Below are positions 30,465 through 40,500 of a stretch of DNA of 64,000 bases, in pieces; position 1 is the first letter of the stretch; each line of letters begins with the position of its first letter. Where the stretch lies: the IMG/VR virus record IMGVR_UViG_3300028025_000094; one strand, given 5' to 3'. The stretch comes from an uncultured virus (IMG/VR IMGVR_UViG_3300028025_000094). Taxonomy: Duplodnaviria; Heunggongvirae; Uroviricota; Caudoviricetes. The notes beneath the pieces are model-generated. The model saw only the letters and a program-made list of their open reading frames with translations. It searched no databases and was not told the DNA's origin. The position numbers were made by a program, and so were the translations under genes.

Positions 30465-33400
30465 ATGTCGGGATATAAAATTACCAATTCAGATGGCGTC
30501 GTTCTAGTTACCACCGGTAAAGGTGTTAGCATACCCACGATTGATGCTATTCAGAATGCCTCCACTTCGGTTCCTACCGGAACAATCATTTACAGTCTAG
30601 CAGATGGTAACATCTATCGATATAATGGAACATCATGGTTAGTTTCCGCAGGCACTTCCGGATCTGCTGGATCCTCTGGACAATCGGGAACATCAGGTAC
30701 TGCTGGTTCTTCAGGAAGCGCAGGTACAAGTGGAACATCAGGTTCTGCAGGAGCAACCGGATCATCCGGTTCTGCAGGATCATCGGGTTCTACCGGATCC
30801 TCAGGATCATCAGGTTCTTCGGGAACGACAGGAACCGCCGGATCTTCTGGGGTTTCGGGAACATCAGGAACTGCCGGCAGTGCAGGATCTTCGGGTAGTT
30901 CAGGATCTGCAGGTTCAACCGGTACATCAGGAAGTTCGGGGACTGGAGGATCTTCTGGATCTTCGGGAGCAACAGTTCCTGGAGGATTTTCAATTCAATA
31001 TTCAGGAACAACCTTAAGCGGATCTGGATACGAAACAATGAAAATTGTTTACACTAGTGAAAGTTTAATTACATCAGGAGGAACACTTTTCATATCAGGA
31101 AATGATGGAAATAATAACGTTATTCAAAATGGTACAAGTGCTACTGTTCTAGATAAATTAATTGCTAGAGCAGGAACAGGAAGTACTGGACATATACTAA
31201 GAATTTTTGAAAGGGATGATTCAACCAAGGTTAACTTTTATACCTACACCTCTTTCAATCAAAGACTATCTCCGACTAACACAGATGCTAATTTTGTTGG
31301 TCTTACTTACATAGGTGGAACCGGAAATTCAACATTTAGTAAACCTTGTCTTGGTTTAGAAATAGTTGGTGCCAATGGAACATCAGGAGTAGCTGGTTCT
31401 TCGGGATCTTCAGGTTCGGCAGGACAATCTGGTTCTTCTGGATCTTCTGGACAATCAGGATCTGCGGGTACCTCAGGAAATGGCACATCGGGTACATCCG
31501 GAATTTCAACTATCAATGCAAGAGGAGTTAGTAGGTTTACCGCCACTGCAAGTCAGACAACATTCAGTGTTAATTATACGGTTGGTCAGGTCGATGTTTA
31601 TTATAACGGATCTAAGTTAGATGATGCAGAATTTACTGCATCCAACGGAACGAGTGTTGTTCTGAATACCGGACTTCCTGCAGGATCAATAGTTAATATT
31701 ATTGCTTGGAGTACTGGTGGTGGAATCGGACTTGGATCAATTAGTGCAACTGCACCCGTTACATATAGTGCTCAGACTGGTGTGATTGCTATGCCTCAAG
31801 CAGGTAACGGAACCTCTGGTTTTTTAAGTTCTACCGATTGGATTGCATTTAGTCAGAATGCAGTAGCTGGTACATCAGGAAGCTCTGGAACATCAGGAAG
31901 TAGCGGTAGCTCTGGATCAACAGGAACCTCTGGAACTAGTGGAAGCTCTGGTTCAAGTGGATCATCAGGAGTTAACGGCTCATCTGGTTCTAGTGGAAGT
32001 ACCGGATCTTCGGGATCTTCAGGATCGAGCGGATCAACCGGGTCCTCTGGTAGTACCGGGTCGTCAGGATCGAGCGGATCAACTGGAACATCAGGTAGCT
32101 CTGGTTCATCAGGAAGTTCAGGATCTACAGGATCATCTGGAACATCTGGTGCAGGAACTATAAGCGGAACAACAAATTATGTAGCAAAATTTACAAATTC
32201 TACAACTGTAGGAAATAGTCAGATATTTGACAACGGAACTAATGTCGGGGTCGGAAATACCAACACCTCATATAAATTCGACGTAAGCGGTACTGGAAGA
32301 TTTACTGATGCATTGGTTGTAAGAAATACATCATCAACACCAAGTATTTGGTCTGGGCAATTTGGTGGTGCTATTAGTATATTAGGAGATAATACAACCT
32401 CCACAAGATACATTGACCTAAGCATCGTAGATAGTACAGGTGCTTTAGCAACTCAGGGAATTAGAATATTAAACAGCGGAAGTGTTGGGATTGGGTATTC
32501 TTCCCCAGTATATCAATTACACGTTTTAGGTACAATAGGATTAAGAGCAAATAGTCAAAATTTTCAAGCAATAAAAGGTACTGGTTGGGGTTATAGTCCA
32601 GGCTCTTACAAGGTAGTTATGATTGGCGATAGTGATACCGCTAATTTCACCACAGTATCGATAGGATATGATCCCTCTGGGAACGCAAATGGTGCTTTCA
32701 ACGGTAATGGAATAGAAGTTTTATTTAGAAATGGTGCTTCTTTTGCAACCCCTAATGCTGCAAATACCTCTTTTAATTTAAATACCCTGGTTTTAAAAGA
32801 CGGTAGAGTTGGATTTGGTACAGATTCTCCTGGAACAAAAATAGACGTTAATGGAGATGGTAGATTTGTCGGAAATCTTACTATAGGTAGTGCAGTAGCT
32901 GCAACCAATGTTAAATTACTTTTAAACGGCGTTGCAAGTAAAGCAGCAGGTATTGAATTTCAACAAAGTGGAACAGCACAATGGTACATAGGTAATGGTA
33001 TAGCAAGTGAGGATAATAACTTCGAATTGTATAATAGTAACGGTACTATGGCAATGAAGATTATTAAATCAACTAATGCTATTAATTTCATAGGAGCTTC
33101 CACTTTTAATTCTTCTGTAACCGCAGGAACTTATCTAGGGGTATCTAGGGATGGCTCGGATACAATTGGTTCTGGTCCTTATTTAGTACTATCTCAAACA
33201 TCAAATTCAAGACAGTGGGTTCAGCAAATGAGTGCATCGTTGTCTTTAAATTTCTATCACTATACTGGATCAGCTTGGATACAACCATTAACCTTGGCTG
33301 CAACGGGTGCAGCTACACTTACGAGTTCTGCATCTTCTGTTATAAGCGTTATATCTACAAGTACGGATTCTAGAATCAATATAGGTCATTCTGGTAACGG

Positions 33401-33812
33401 AGGATACGTTGGATATGCTAATTTAGGATCGGGAGCATCTGCAAATACGTTTTATATAACAACAGGTTCAGGTAGTACAACCTCCGGTATACGAATGAAC
33501 AATGATGGTAATGTTACTGTTGCTGGTACAATCACAGAAAGTTCATCAATTCGATACAAAGAAAACGTCGAGACGCTAAAATATGGATTGGATAAAATAG
33601 TTCAATTAAGAGGGGTAACTTATAACAAGAAAGATACTGGAGCAAAAGAGATCGGATTAATAGCAGAAGAAGTTGAATCTATCCTACCAGATGTTATTCT
33701 AAGAAATCAAGAAGGAGAACCAGATTCAGTTTCCTATGGTAGAATCACAGCAGTTCTAATCGAAGCTATTAAAGAACTGAAAATGGAAATAGAAGAATTG
33801 AAAAGAAGATAA
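30465..33812 (+). CDS. Tail fibre 6 with S74 chaperone
   Basis: Shared N-anchor; FTATASQTTFSVNY...VYYNGSKL module; SSSIRYKEN...IGLIAEEVE. Confidence 0.85.
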   Translation: MSGYKITNSDGVVLVTTGKGVSIPTIDAIQNASTSVPTGTIIYSLADGNIYRYNGTSWLVSAGTSGSAGSSGQSGTSGTAGSSGSAGTSGTSGSAGATGSSGSAGSSGSTGSSGSSGSSGTTGTAGSSGVSGTSGTAGSAGSSGSSGSAGSTGTSGSSGTGGSSGSSGATVPGGFSIQYSGTTLSGSGYETMKIVYTSESLITSGGTLFISGNDGNNNVIQNGTSATVLDKLIARAGTGSTGHILRIFERDDSTKVNFYTYTSFNQRLSPTNTDANFVGLTYIGGTGNSTFSKPCLGLEIVGANGTSGVAGSSGSSGSAGQSGSSGSSGQSGSAGTSGNGTSGTSGISTINARGVSRFTATASQTTFSVNYTVGQVDVYYNGSKLDDAEFTASNGTSVVLNTGLPAGSIVNIIAWSTGGGIGLGSISATAPVTYSAQTGVIAMPQAGNGTSGFLSSTDWIAFSQNAVAGTSGSSGTSGSSGSSGSTGTSGTSGSSGSSGSSGVNGSSGSSGSTGSSGSSGSSGSTGSSGSTGSSGSSGSTGTSGSSGSSGSSGSTGSSGTSGAGTISGTTNYVAKFTNSTTVGNSQIFDNGTNVGVGNTNTSYKFDVSGTGRFTDALVVRNTSSTPSIWSGQFGGAISILGDNTTSTRYIDLSIVDSTGALATQGIRILNSGSVGIGYSSPVYQLHVLGTIGLRANSQNFQAIKGTGWGYSPGSYKVVMIGDSDTANFTTVSIGYDPSGNANGAFNGNGIEVLFRNGASFATPNAANTSFNLNTLVLKDGRVGFGTDSPGTKIDVNGDGRFVGNLTIGSAVAATNVKLLLNGVASKAAGIEFQQSGTAQWYIGNGIASEDNNFELYNSNGTMAMKIIKSTNAINFIGASTFNSSVTAGTYLGVSRDGSDTIGSGPYLVLSQTSNSRQWVQQMSASLSLNFYHYTGSAWIQPLTLAATGAATLTSSASSVISVISTSTDSRINIGHSGNGGYVGYANLGSGASANTFYITTGSGSTTSGIRMNNDGNVTVAGTITESSSIRYKENVETLKYGLDKIVQLRGVTYNKKDTGAKEIGLIAEEVESILPDVILRNQEGEPDSVSYGRITAVLIEAIKELKMEIEELKRR

Positions 33813-34288
33813 TGGCAAGTTTACAGGCAACAACGGTAACAACATACAGCGCAACAACATCTGCAACAGCAAGTACTATTTTAAATACTACAGCTGGTTC
33901 AGTTCAACAGTGGGCAGGATATGTTGGTGTACCCACACCTTATTATGAACCATCAAATAATTTCGTAAATCTTATAGGTAATAATAATGGGTATGCATGG
34001 ATTACCGGATACGTTTCAATTCCAGCAAACCAATCTTATAATAGTAGTCACGATTTTTGGTTCGCTCTATCAAGGTATGGAATAAAAACAACTACTGGTG
34101 CAACGTTTGATGGTCTAATGACTCTATCCCATTTTCAGGATCCGGGGAATGTGAATATAAATTATTTAAGAGTAACAAACACATATAATGCAAGTTGGGC
34201 ATATGGTAATTATCACGTATGTGCAACTATCTTTACTGGCAGTTCTAATAGTTCTGTTATATCATCTTATTTAACAAGAATAAATTAA
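33812..34288 (+). CDS. Small beta-rich tail-associated paralog 1
   Basis: MASLQATT...YLRVTN...SSYLTRIN; start overlaps the fibre 6 stop. Confidence 0.7.
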   Translation: MASLQATTVTTYSATTSATASTILNTTAGSVQQWAGYVGVPTPYYEPSNNFVNLIGNNNGYAWITGYVSIPANQSYNSSHDFWFALSRYGIKTTTGATFDGLMTLSHFQDPGNVNINYLRVTNTYNASWAYGNYHVCATIFTGSSNSSVISSYLTRIN

Positions 34289-34289
34289 A

Positions 34290-34760
34290 ATGGCAACACT
34301 ATTAGCATCAACAGTAAATGGGACATTAACAGCATCAACGAGTATAACTTCACCAAAGTTATTACAAACATATTCAACGCAATCGTTTAAAGAATATATT
34401 GGAAGTGCATCAATTCCTAGTTCTTATAATAATGCAACAAATTATGTTGATCTATTTGCTAATACAGGGGTTCATGAAAGAATGCTTGGGTATGTTTCTT
34501 GGACTGTATACCAATCTCAGATACACACAGGTTCTTTTATTTTTCAATTATCTGAATATGGATTAAGTACTTATACTTTACAGAATAGCGGGTATTGGTC
34601 AGTGTCCAGACATAACCCTTCTTACGGTACAAATTATTTAAGATTTACAAACACGGTTGGTACTGTATGGGGCGACGGAAATTTTCAGTTTGTTGTTAGA
34701 ACAACTGGTCTAGGTGGGCACACATTTGTTTCTTCATATTTAACAGAAAGAGTAAGATAG
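34290..34760 (+). CDS. Small beta-rich tail-associated paralog 2
   Basis: MATLLAST...YLRFTN...SSYLTERVR. Confidence 0.7.
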   Translation: MATLLASTVNGTLTASTSITSPKLLQTYSTQSFKEYIGSASIPSSYNNATNYVDLFANTGVHERMLGYVSWTVYQSQIHTGSFIFQLSEYGLSTYTLQNSGYWSVSRHNPSYGTNYLRFTNTVGTVWGDGNFQFVVRTTGLGGHTFVSSYLTERVR

Positions 34761-34761
34761 T

Positions 34762-35208
34762 ATGGCAACACTAATAGGGACAACGTCTACAACAATATCA
34801 GCAACACAAATAACTTCTCCTTTGACGTATATGGATACTGGAAATGGAATGATTGAATATACAGGTTCAGTTTTTCTGAATAATAACGCAACGGTAGATA
34901 TTTTAACAAATAATAGTGGATATGCTAGAATGGTAGGTCTTGGATATTTTACCGGAATAATGACCTCAACATCTTGGACATTTGGGCATTTTACTTTTCA
35001 GTGCTCCAGATACGAAACATCATATACGAATATATTACAATCTGACTGGGGAGGGTATTCAATATCTAATTATCAAAATCCAAGTAATGTTGATCAAAAT
35101 TCCGTGAGATTCACAAACACTGCAGGAGACAGCGGAACTTTTTATTTTAATTTTTTGGTGCAAAATCATGTCACGGAAACATCAAACAATCTAACAAGAA
35201 TTAAATAA
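34762..35208 (+). CDS. Small beta-rich tail-associated paralog 3
   Basis: MATLIGTT...SVRFTN...SNNLTRIK. Confidence 0.7.
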   Translation: MATLIGTTSTTISATQITSPLTYMDTGNGMIEYTGSVFLNNNATVDILTNNSGYARMVGLGYFTGIMTSTSWTFGHFTFQCSRYETSYTNILQSDWGGYSISNYQNPSNVDQNSVRFTNTAGDSGTFYFNFLVQNHVTETSNNLTRIK

Positions 35209-35216
35209 TTATAATT

Positions 35217-35474
35217 ATGACACATCCTTTAGACGACGGCTCTGAACTAATAAATCCAATGGACGGAACTCCTTATAGTGAAATTCAAAGATTTGGTTTT
35301 TATACAGGTTTACAACAGGTTTTTGATACACAATATCAAAGAGATCGTAAAAATGAATATCCTCCTATCGAAGAATACATCGATGGAGTTGTAAAAGGAG
35401 ACCAGTCTCAGATTGACGAATATATAAACAAATGCTTAGCTGTAAAAGCCAAGTATCCAAAACCAAATAGTTAA
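35217..35474 (+). CDS. Putative tail-fibre assembly/accessory protein
   Basis: YQRDRKNEYPPIEEY...CLAVKAKYPKP motif, common next to phage fibre genes. Confidence 0.55.
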   Translation: MTHPLDDGSELINPMDGTPYSEIQRFGFYTGLQQVFDTQYQRDRKNEYPPIEEYIDGVVKGDQSQIDEYINKCLAVKAKYPKPNS

Positions 35475-37486
35475 TGGGAAATACTAGAGATACCGGATAT
35501 TTAAGAGACCTTGTCACGTATGATGGTAGTGACAATGTTACATTTCCAGCAAATGTGAGCCTAGTTGCTCCAGCAGGAAGTGACAACAGTACTAAGGTAC
35601 CTAGTACAGCCTGGGTAAGAACCTATGTGTCAGGTGTTGCTAGTTTAAGTACCTCAGGAACTTCTGGAGCAAACGGATCTTCTGGTTCTTCTGGTCAAAC
35701 TGGAGCAGCAGGTTCTTCTGGTTCTTCTGGTCAAACAGGTGCTGCAGGTTCTTCTGGTTCTTCCGGTTCTTCTGGTCAAACAGGTGCTGCAGGTTCTTCT
35801 GGTTCTTCCGGTTCTTCTGGTCAAACTGGAGCAGCAGGTTCTTCTGGTTCATCTGGTCAAACCGGGGGTGCAGGTTCTTCTGGTTCTTCCGGTTCTTCTG
35901 GTCAAACCGGTGCTGCTGGTTCTTCTGGTTCTTCTGGTCAAACCGGGGGTGCAGGTTCTTCTGGTTCATCTGGTCAAACTGGGGGTGCAGGTTCTTCTGG
36001 ATCTTCCGGTTCTTCTGGTCAAACCGGCGGTGCAGGATCAAGCGGTACCTCAGGAACTTCTCCTAGCGCTGCAGCATACGTTGCTAAAGCTGGGGATACA
36101 ATGACTGGACTACTACAGCTGTCCGGTCAAGCTACAATCAACACAACTACCCCGGGTGTAGGAAACTACGGATTACATTTCACTGGCCAAACTACAGCAG
36201 ATTATGCTGCGGGTATAACATGGAACGGAGGTACAGGAACTACTGGTGCTCAAGCTGGAATCTATGTACAGGGATCAGGTAGCTATGGTACTAAAATGTA
36301 CATTGCTACCACCGATTCTTATGCGGCGGGATCTAAAACTGCTATATCAATAGATCATACGGGTCTTGTTAATTTTATTAGACAAGTACCAACATATGCG
36401 GGAACTTCCCTAGTTTATAATAGTGGTACTTGGGGTATAAGTATTTCTGGTAATGCTGCTACTGCAACTACAGCAACAAACTCATCTCAATTAAATGGCA
36501 TATCATCTACCCAGATATTCAATAACATGGGTAATATCCATGGTACTTATACTGATTTTAATAGTGTAGGTAATTTTGGGGTTAGATATTTACAAGGTAG
36601 TACAAATGGTCCTGGAACAGGTGCTAGTCAATATTATGGTTTTACATTAGGTTTAGGTAATGAGTATCCATTAGATGGAGCAGGATCATATGCCACTCAG
36701 TTTTATTGGAACAGAACATCTACAGGGGGTAACCCATATGTTTCAGTAAGATTTAAAGAAGGTAATTCGTGGGGGGCTTGGAGTAAGATATATGCTGGAT
36801 ATGCTGATAGTGCAGGAACTGCAACAGATAGTTCTAAACTTCCATTAGCTGGAGGTACTATGTCTGGACCAATAAGAAGAAGCGGACACTCTACTACTTT
36901 TTTCGAAGGTTCATATAATAATGTCGGCGGTAATTCAGCTTATTCAAATCCAATTTACACAATTGGTTCCTCATATAATCCCTCAGATAGTTCTTTAGGA
37001 GTCATGTATGGTATTGGCTATGCCCACCCAAACTTTTGGGGTGCAGGTAAAACTAGTAGTTGGGGTTTATATTGTGCTAATGGAGGTGTTATAAACGTAA
37101 CACTTGGGGAGGGGGCTACATCTATTTGGGCACAAAATGATATAGTAGCTTACTCCGATATTAGGGTAAAAGATAATATAGAGTTAGTAACAAATGCTAT
37201 TGAAAAAATCCAAGCTATTCGAGGTGTAACCTTTACCAGAAAGGATGCAGCATTAGAAGACAAAGATAAAAGGCACGCTGGTGTAATTGCTCAGGAGGTA
37301 TTAAAGGTAATGCCTGAAGTAGTTACAGGCACAGAGAAAGATATGTATTCAGTAGCTTATGGTAACATGGCAGCATTGTTTATAGAAGCAATTAAGGAAC
37401 AACAGGCACAGATCGAGGATCAAGGATCGGAAATCCGCAGATTAAAATCCTTAATAGGATCTCTTCTTGGAAAGAATTATAAATAA
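35474..37486 (+). CDS. Tail fibre 7 (different N-terminus) with S74 chaperone
   Basis: DNSTKVPSTAWV; GSS/GQT repeats; YSDIRVKDN...AGVIAQEVL. Confidence 0.85.
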   Translation: MGNTRDTGYLRDLVTYDGSDNVTFPANVSLVAPAGSDNSTKVPSTAWVRTYVSGVASLSTSGTSGANGSSGSSGQTGAAGSSGSSGQTGAAGSSGSSGSSGQTGAAGSSGSSGSSGQTGAAGSSGSSGQTGGAGSSGSSGSSGQTGAAGSSGSSGQTGGAGSSGSSGQTGGAGSSGSSGSSGQTGGAGSSGTSGTSPSAAAYVAKAGDTMTGLLQLSGQATINTTTPGVGNYGLHFTGQTTADYAAGITWNGGTGTTGAQAGIYVQGSGSYGTKMYIATTDSYAAGSKTAISIDHTGLVNFIRQVPTYAGTSLVYNSGTWGISISGNAATATTATNSSQLNGISSTQIFNNMGNIHGTYTDFNSVGNFGVRYLQGSTNGPGTGASQYYGFTLGLGNEYPLDGAGSYATQFYWNRTSTGGNPYVSVRFKEGNSWGAWSKIYAGYADSAGTATDSSKLPLAGGTMSGPIRRSGHSTTFFEGSYNNVGGNSAYSNPIYTIGSSYNPSDSSLGVMYGIGYAHPNFWGAGKTSSWGLYCANGGVINVTLGEGATSIWAQNDIVAYSDIRVKDNIELVTNAIEKIQAIRGVTFTRKDAALEDKDKRHAGVIAQEVLKVMPEVVTGTEKDMYSVAYGNMAALFIEAIKEQQAQIEDQGSEIRRLKSLIGSLLGKNYK

Positions 37487-37509
37487 TTTCTTAAAACCCA
37501 CTTTTTTTT

Positions 37510-37536
37510 GAAAATTCTTCATGTTCTACTCTATAA
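37510..37536 (+). promoter_or_regulatory. Putative ECF-like promoter GAAAA-N15-TCTATAA
   Basis: Same spacing as 23089 and 59489; implies the true start codon is near 37542. Confidence 0.5.
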
Positions 37537-37541
37537 TGAAC

Positions 37542-40500
37542 ATGGTAAAGAAAAAATTGCTCTTCGTCGCCCCACACCTCTCTACTGGGGGACTCCCACA
37601 ATATCTTTTTAAAAAGATCGAAACACTGATCAATGATTATGAGATTCATGTCATTGAGTGGGATAATCATACCGGGGGTAGATTGGTGGTTCAAAGAAAT
37701 AGAATAGTGAACATCATTCCTCCCGAAAGATTTTATACACTAGGAAAGAACAAGAAAGAAATAGTGGATTTGATCTCAAGGATCGAACCGGATTTCATTC
37801 ATATCGAGGAAATGCCTGAATATTTCATGCCTTATGATATAGCTAAAGAAATCTATGTCACAGACAGAAAATATAAGATTTTTGAAACATCTCACGATTC
37901 AAGTTTCAATCCTGACAATAAAAAGTTCTTTCCTGATAAATTATTGCTTGTAAGTAACTACCAAATGGAAATGTTAAAGTCATTGGACATTCCAATGGAA
38001 CTAGCAGAGTACCCGATTGAGTATAAAGAAAGACCTGCCAGAGAACAAGCCTTAGCAGAACTTGGAATGGACCCGGAATACAAACATGTTATCAATGTTG
38101 GGCTATTTACTGCTAGAAAGAATCAGGCAGAGATTTTTGAGTATGCCAGGCAGATGACTGATTATAAGATCAAGTTTCACTTCATTGGTAATCAAGCAGA
38201 CAATTTTAAATTCTACTGGGAACCTCTCATGAACAATAAACCAGAAAATTGTGTTTATTGGGGAGAGCGCAGTGACGTTCATAAATTCTACGAAGCAGCA
38301 GATCTTTTCTTGTTTACTTCAAGAGGATTTAATTCAGATAAAGAAACATCTCCTCTAGTAATTAGAGAAGCTATTGGACACCAAGTTCCTTCCCTAATTT
38401 ACAATCTGAGTGTTTATCAAAACATGTATGACAAGTATGATAACATTCAGTATTTAAATAACGATGGTGACAATATAGACAAGATCTTATCTGTCTTAGG
38501 TATTGTCAAAGAGGAGAAGTTAATCGAAGAAATAGAATTTGAAGAAGTAATAGATTCTGATGACAAAGATGAATTTAAAAAAATCTCTATCATCGATGTT
38601 TATGCCACAACAGAAGATAAGCTTCAGCTTCTTAGAGATTGTATTAAGAGCGTTAGAAAACTAGGACACCCTATAATGTGTGTTTCGCATTGCACATTGC
38701 CAGAGGATATAGTTAAGAGTCTAGATTATCATTTATTTGATGCAGATAATTCTTTTAATAATAATCACGTACATTCTTTTAAAACCCAGGATAATGTAAC
38801 TGTGAATGCTAATATTAGAAGATCTCACGAATTTCCTATTATCAGATCAATGAGGTTGGCAATGAATGCGGCTAAAAAATTAGGATTTGATTATTTCTAT
38901 TTAACCGAATTTGATCACGATTACTCAGATAATGGTATCAAACAAATAAAGGACCTTGAATCCCGTATGTTATCCGAGGGAAGAGATATAACATTCTTTT
39001 ATCCATCTAGTGCAGTCTTTGGTGATATTGTAGGACAGTATTATGATACATGCTTCTTCTTCGGTAAACTAGACTATTTTATTGAAAAATTTGAAAGCTA
39101 TTTTCCACAGACTCTTGAAGAATATAATTCAAGATTTGCAATCAGATTCCCTAATTGCTTGGAGCATTTCTTTTATGAACTTTTTAAAGGAGAGAATGTA
39201 TTATTAATCCCCGATTATGTTAAAGGTTATTTTAGTGATAGCCTAATAAACATTTCGTCTTATAGAGATACTGACTATAAAATTTTAATAGGTAGCGATG
39301 ATAATCCATATCTCGTTGTTACCAATAGTAACATAACGGATTATGAGTATGAAATCTATCAGGATAATAAAATGATAGATTCTTATATCATAAACGGTAG
39401 CTTTAAATTAACTAAGATCGAAAAAGAAGGAAAGATCACTATCAAGATATACAGAGATGGTCTTTTATCAGAAACACAGGAAATAGAACATAGAGAATCT
39501 AAAAGAGAAGAATATCTAGCAGATGGTTCAATCTCCCTGCCAACTAATAATATAGAAACAAAAAATATGGAATTAAAAGATCTTGGACTAAAGATGTCAT
39601 TACCAATTTCGGATACTTATATCCCCGAAGAAAATAAATTTGTATTCAAATACCTGGAAGCAACCACAGAGAGATACTCAGTTGCAGTTAAGGATATAGA
39701 TTCTAGAGCTTGTATTTACAAGTCAGAGCTAGATCCTTTACCTGCTGGACATTCATGGTGGGTAATACCTCTTCCTAAGATAGTTATAGATTTTGCTAAC
39801 GATCCAACGTTTGGCGGGTTCTTAATTGAATTTAGAAACACAAGGGGCGAATTGGTAGAAACAAGAGAAAGAAGATTAAAAGAAATTCCATTTAAAAAGC
39901 TTGTTATGGATATCTCAGATACCGAGCCTATCTTTATGAACTATGAGGAATTCTTTGTACAAAAGGTTTATGATTCTGTCGATCTTGATAATTGTAAAAC
40001 TGTTTTAGATATTGGAGCTAATGTTGGTCTTTGGAGTAAATATATTATTTCTCGTAATGCTAAAAATGTATATTCGTTCGAGCCTAATAAAAAAGCTATA
40101 GAACACCTAAAGAAAACACTATCAAACGATAGGGGAACAACAGTAATAGAAAAAGCGGTCTATAAAGAAAGAGATACCCTTAATTTTTATATCGACGATA
40201 CTAATAGTTTAACATCATCACTACTTTCTAATTCTGGACATAAGCCATCCTATGAAGTTGATGCTATCACACTTGAAGATGCAATCAATCTAACGGGAGA
40301 AAGTAAAATAGATCTTGTTAAGATTGATATAGAAGGAGCTGAATTTGATATTATAGAAACAACCACTCAGGAAGTTTTTGATCGCATTAATTGTTTCCTG
40401 ATCGAATATCACGATTTCTATTTCGATAACGGAATGGCAAAGGTTGATGCACTAGAAAATAAATTAAAAGAAGCAGGATACAGAGTACAAAGACTTTCTG

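Noticed and set aside
7629..37486. Diversity-generating retroelement or invertible shufflon driving fibre variation
   Set aside because: No reverse transcriptase or recombinase, no adenine-specific template/variable repeat pair and no inverted cassettes are visible. All fibres are complete and co-oriented.
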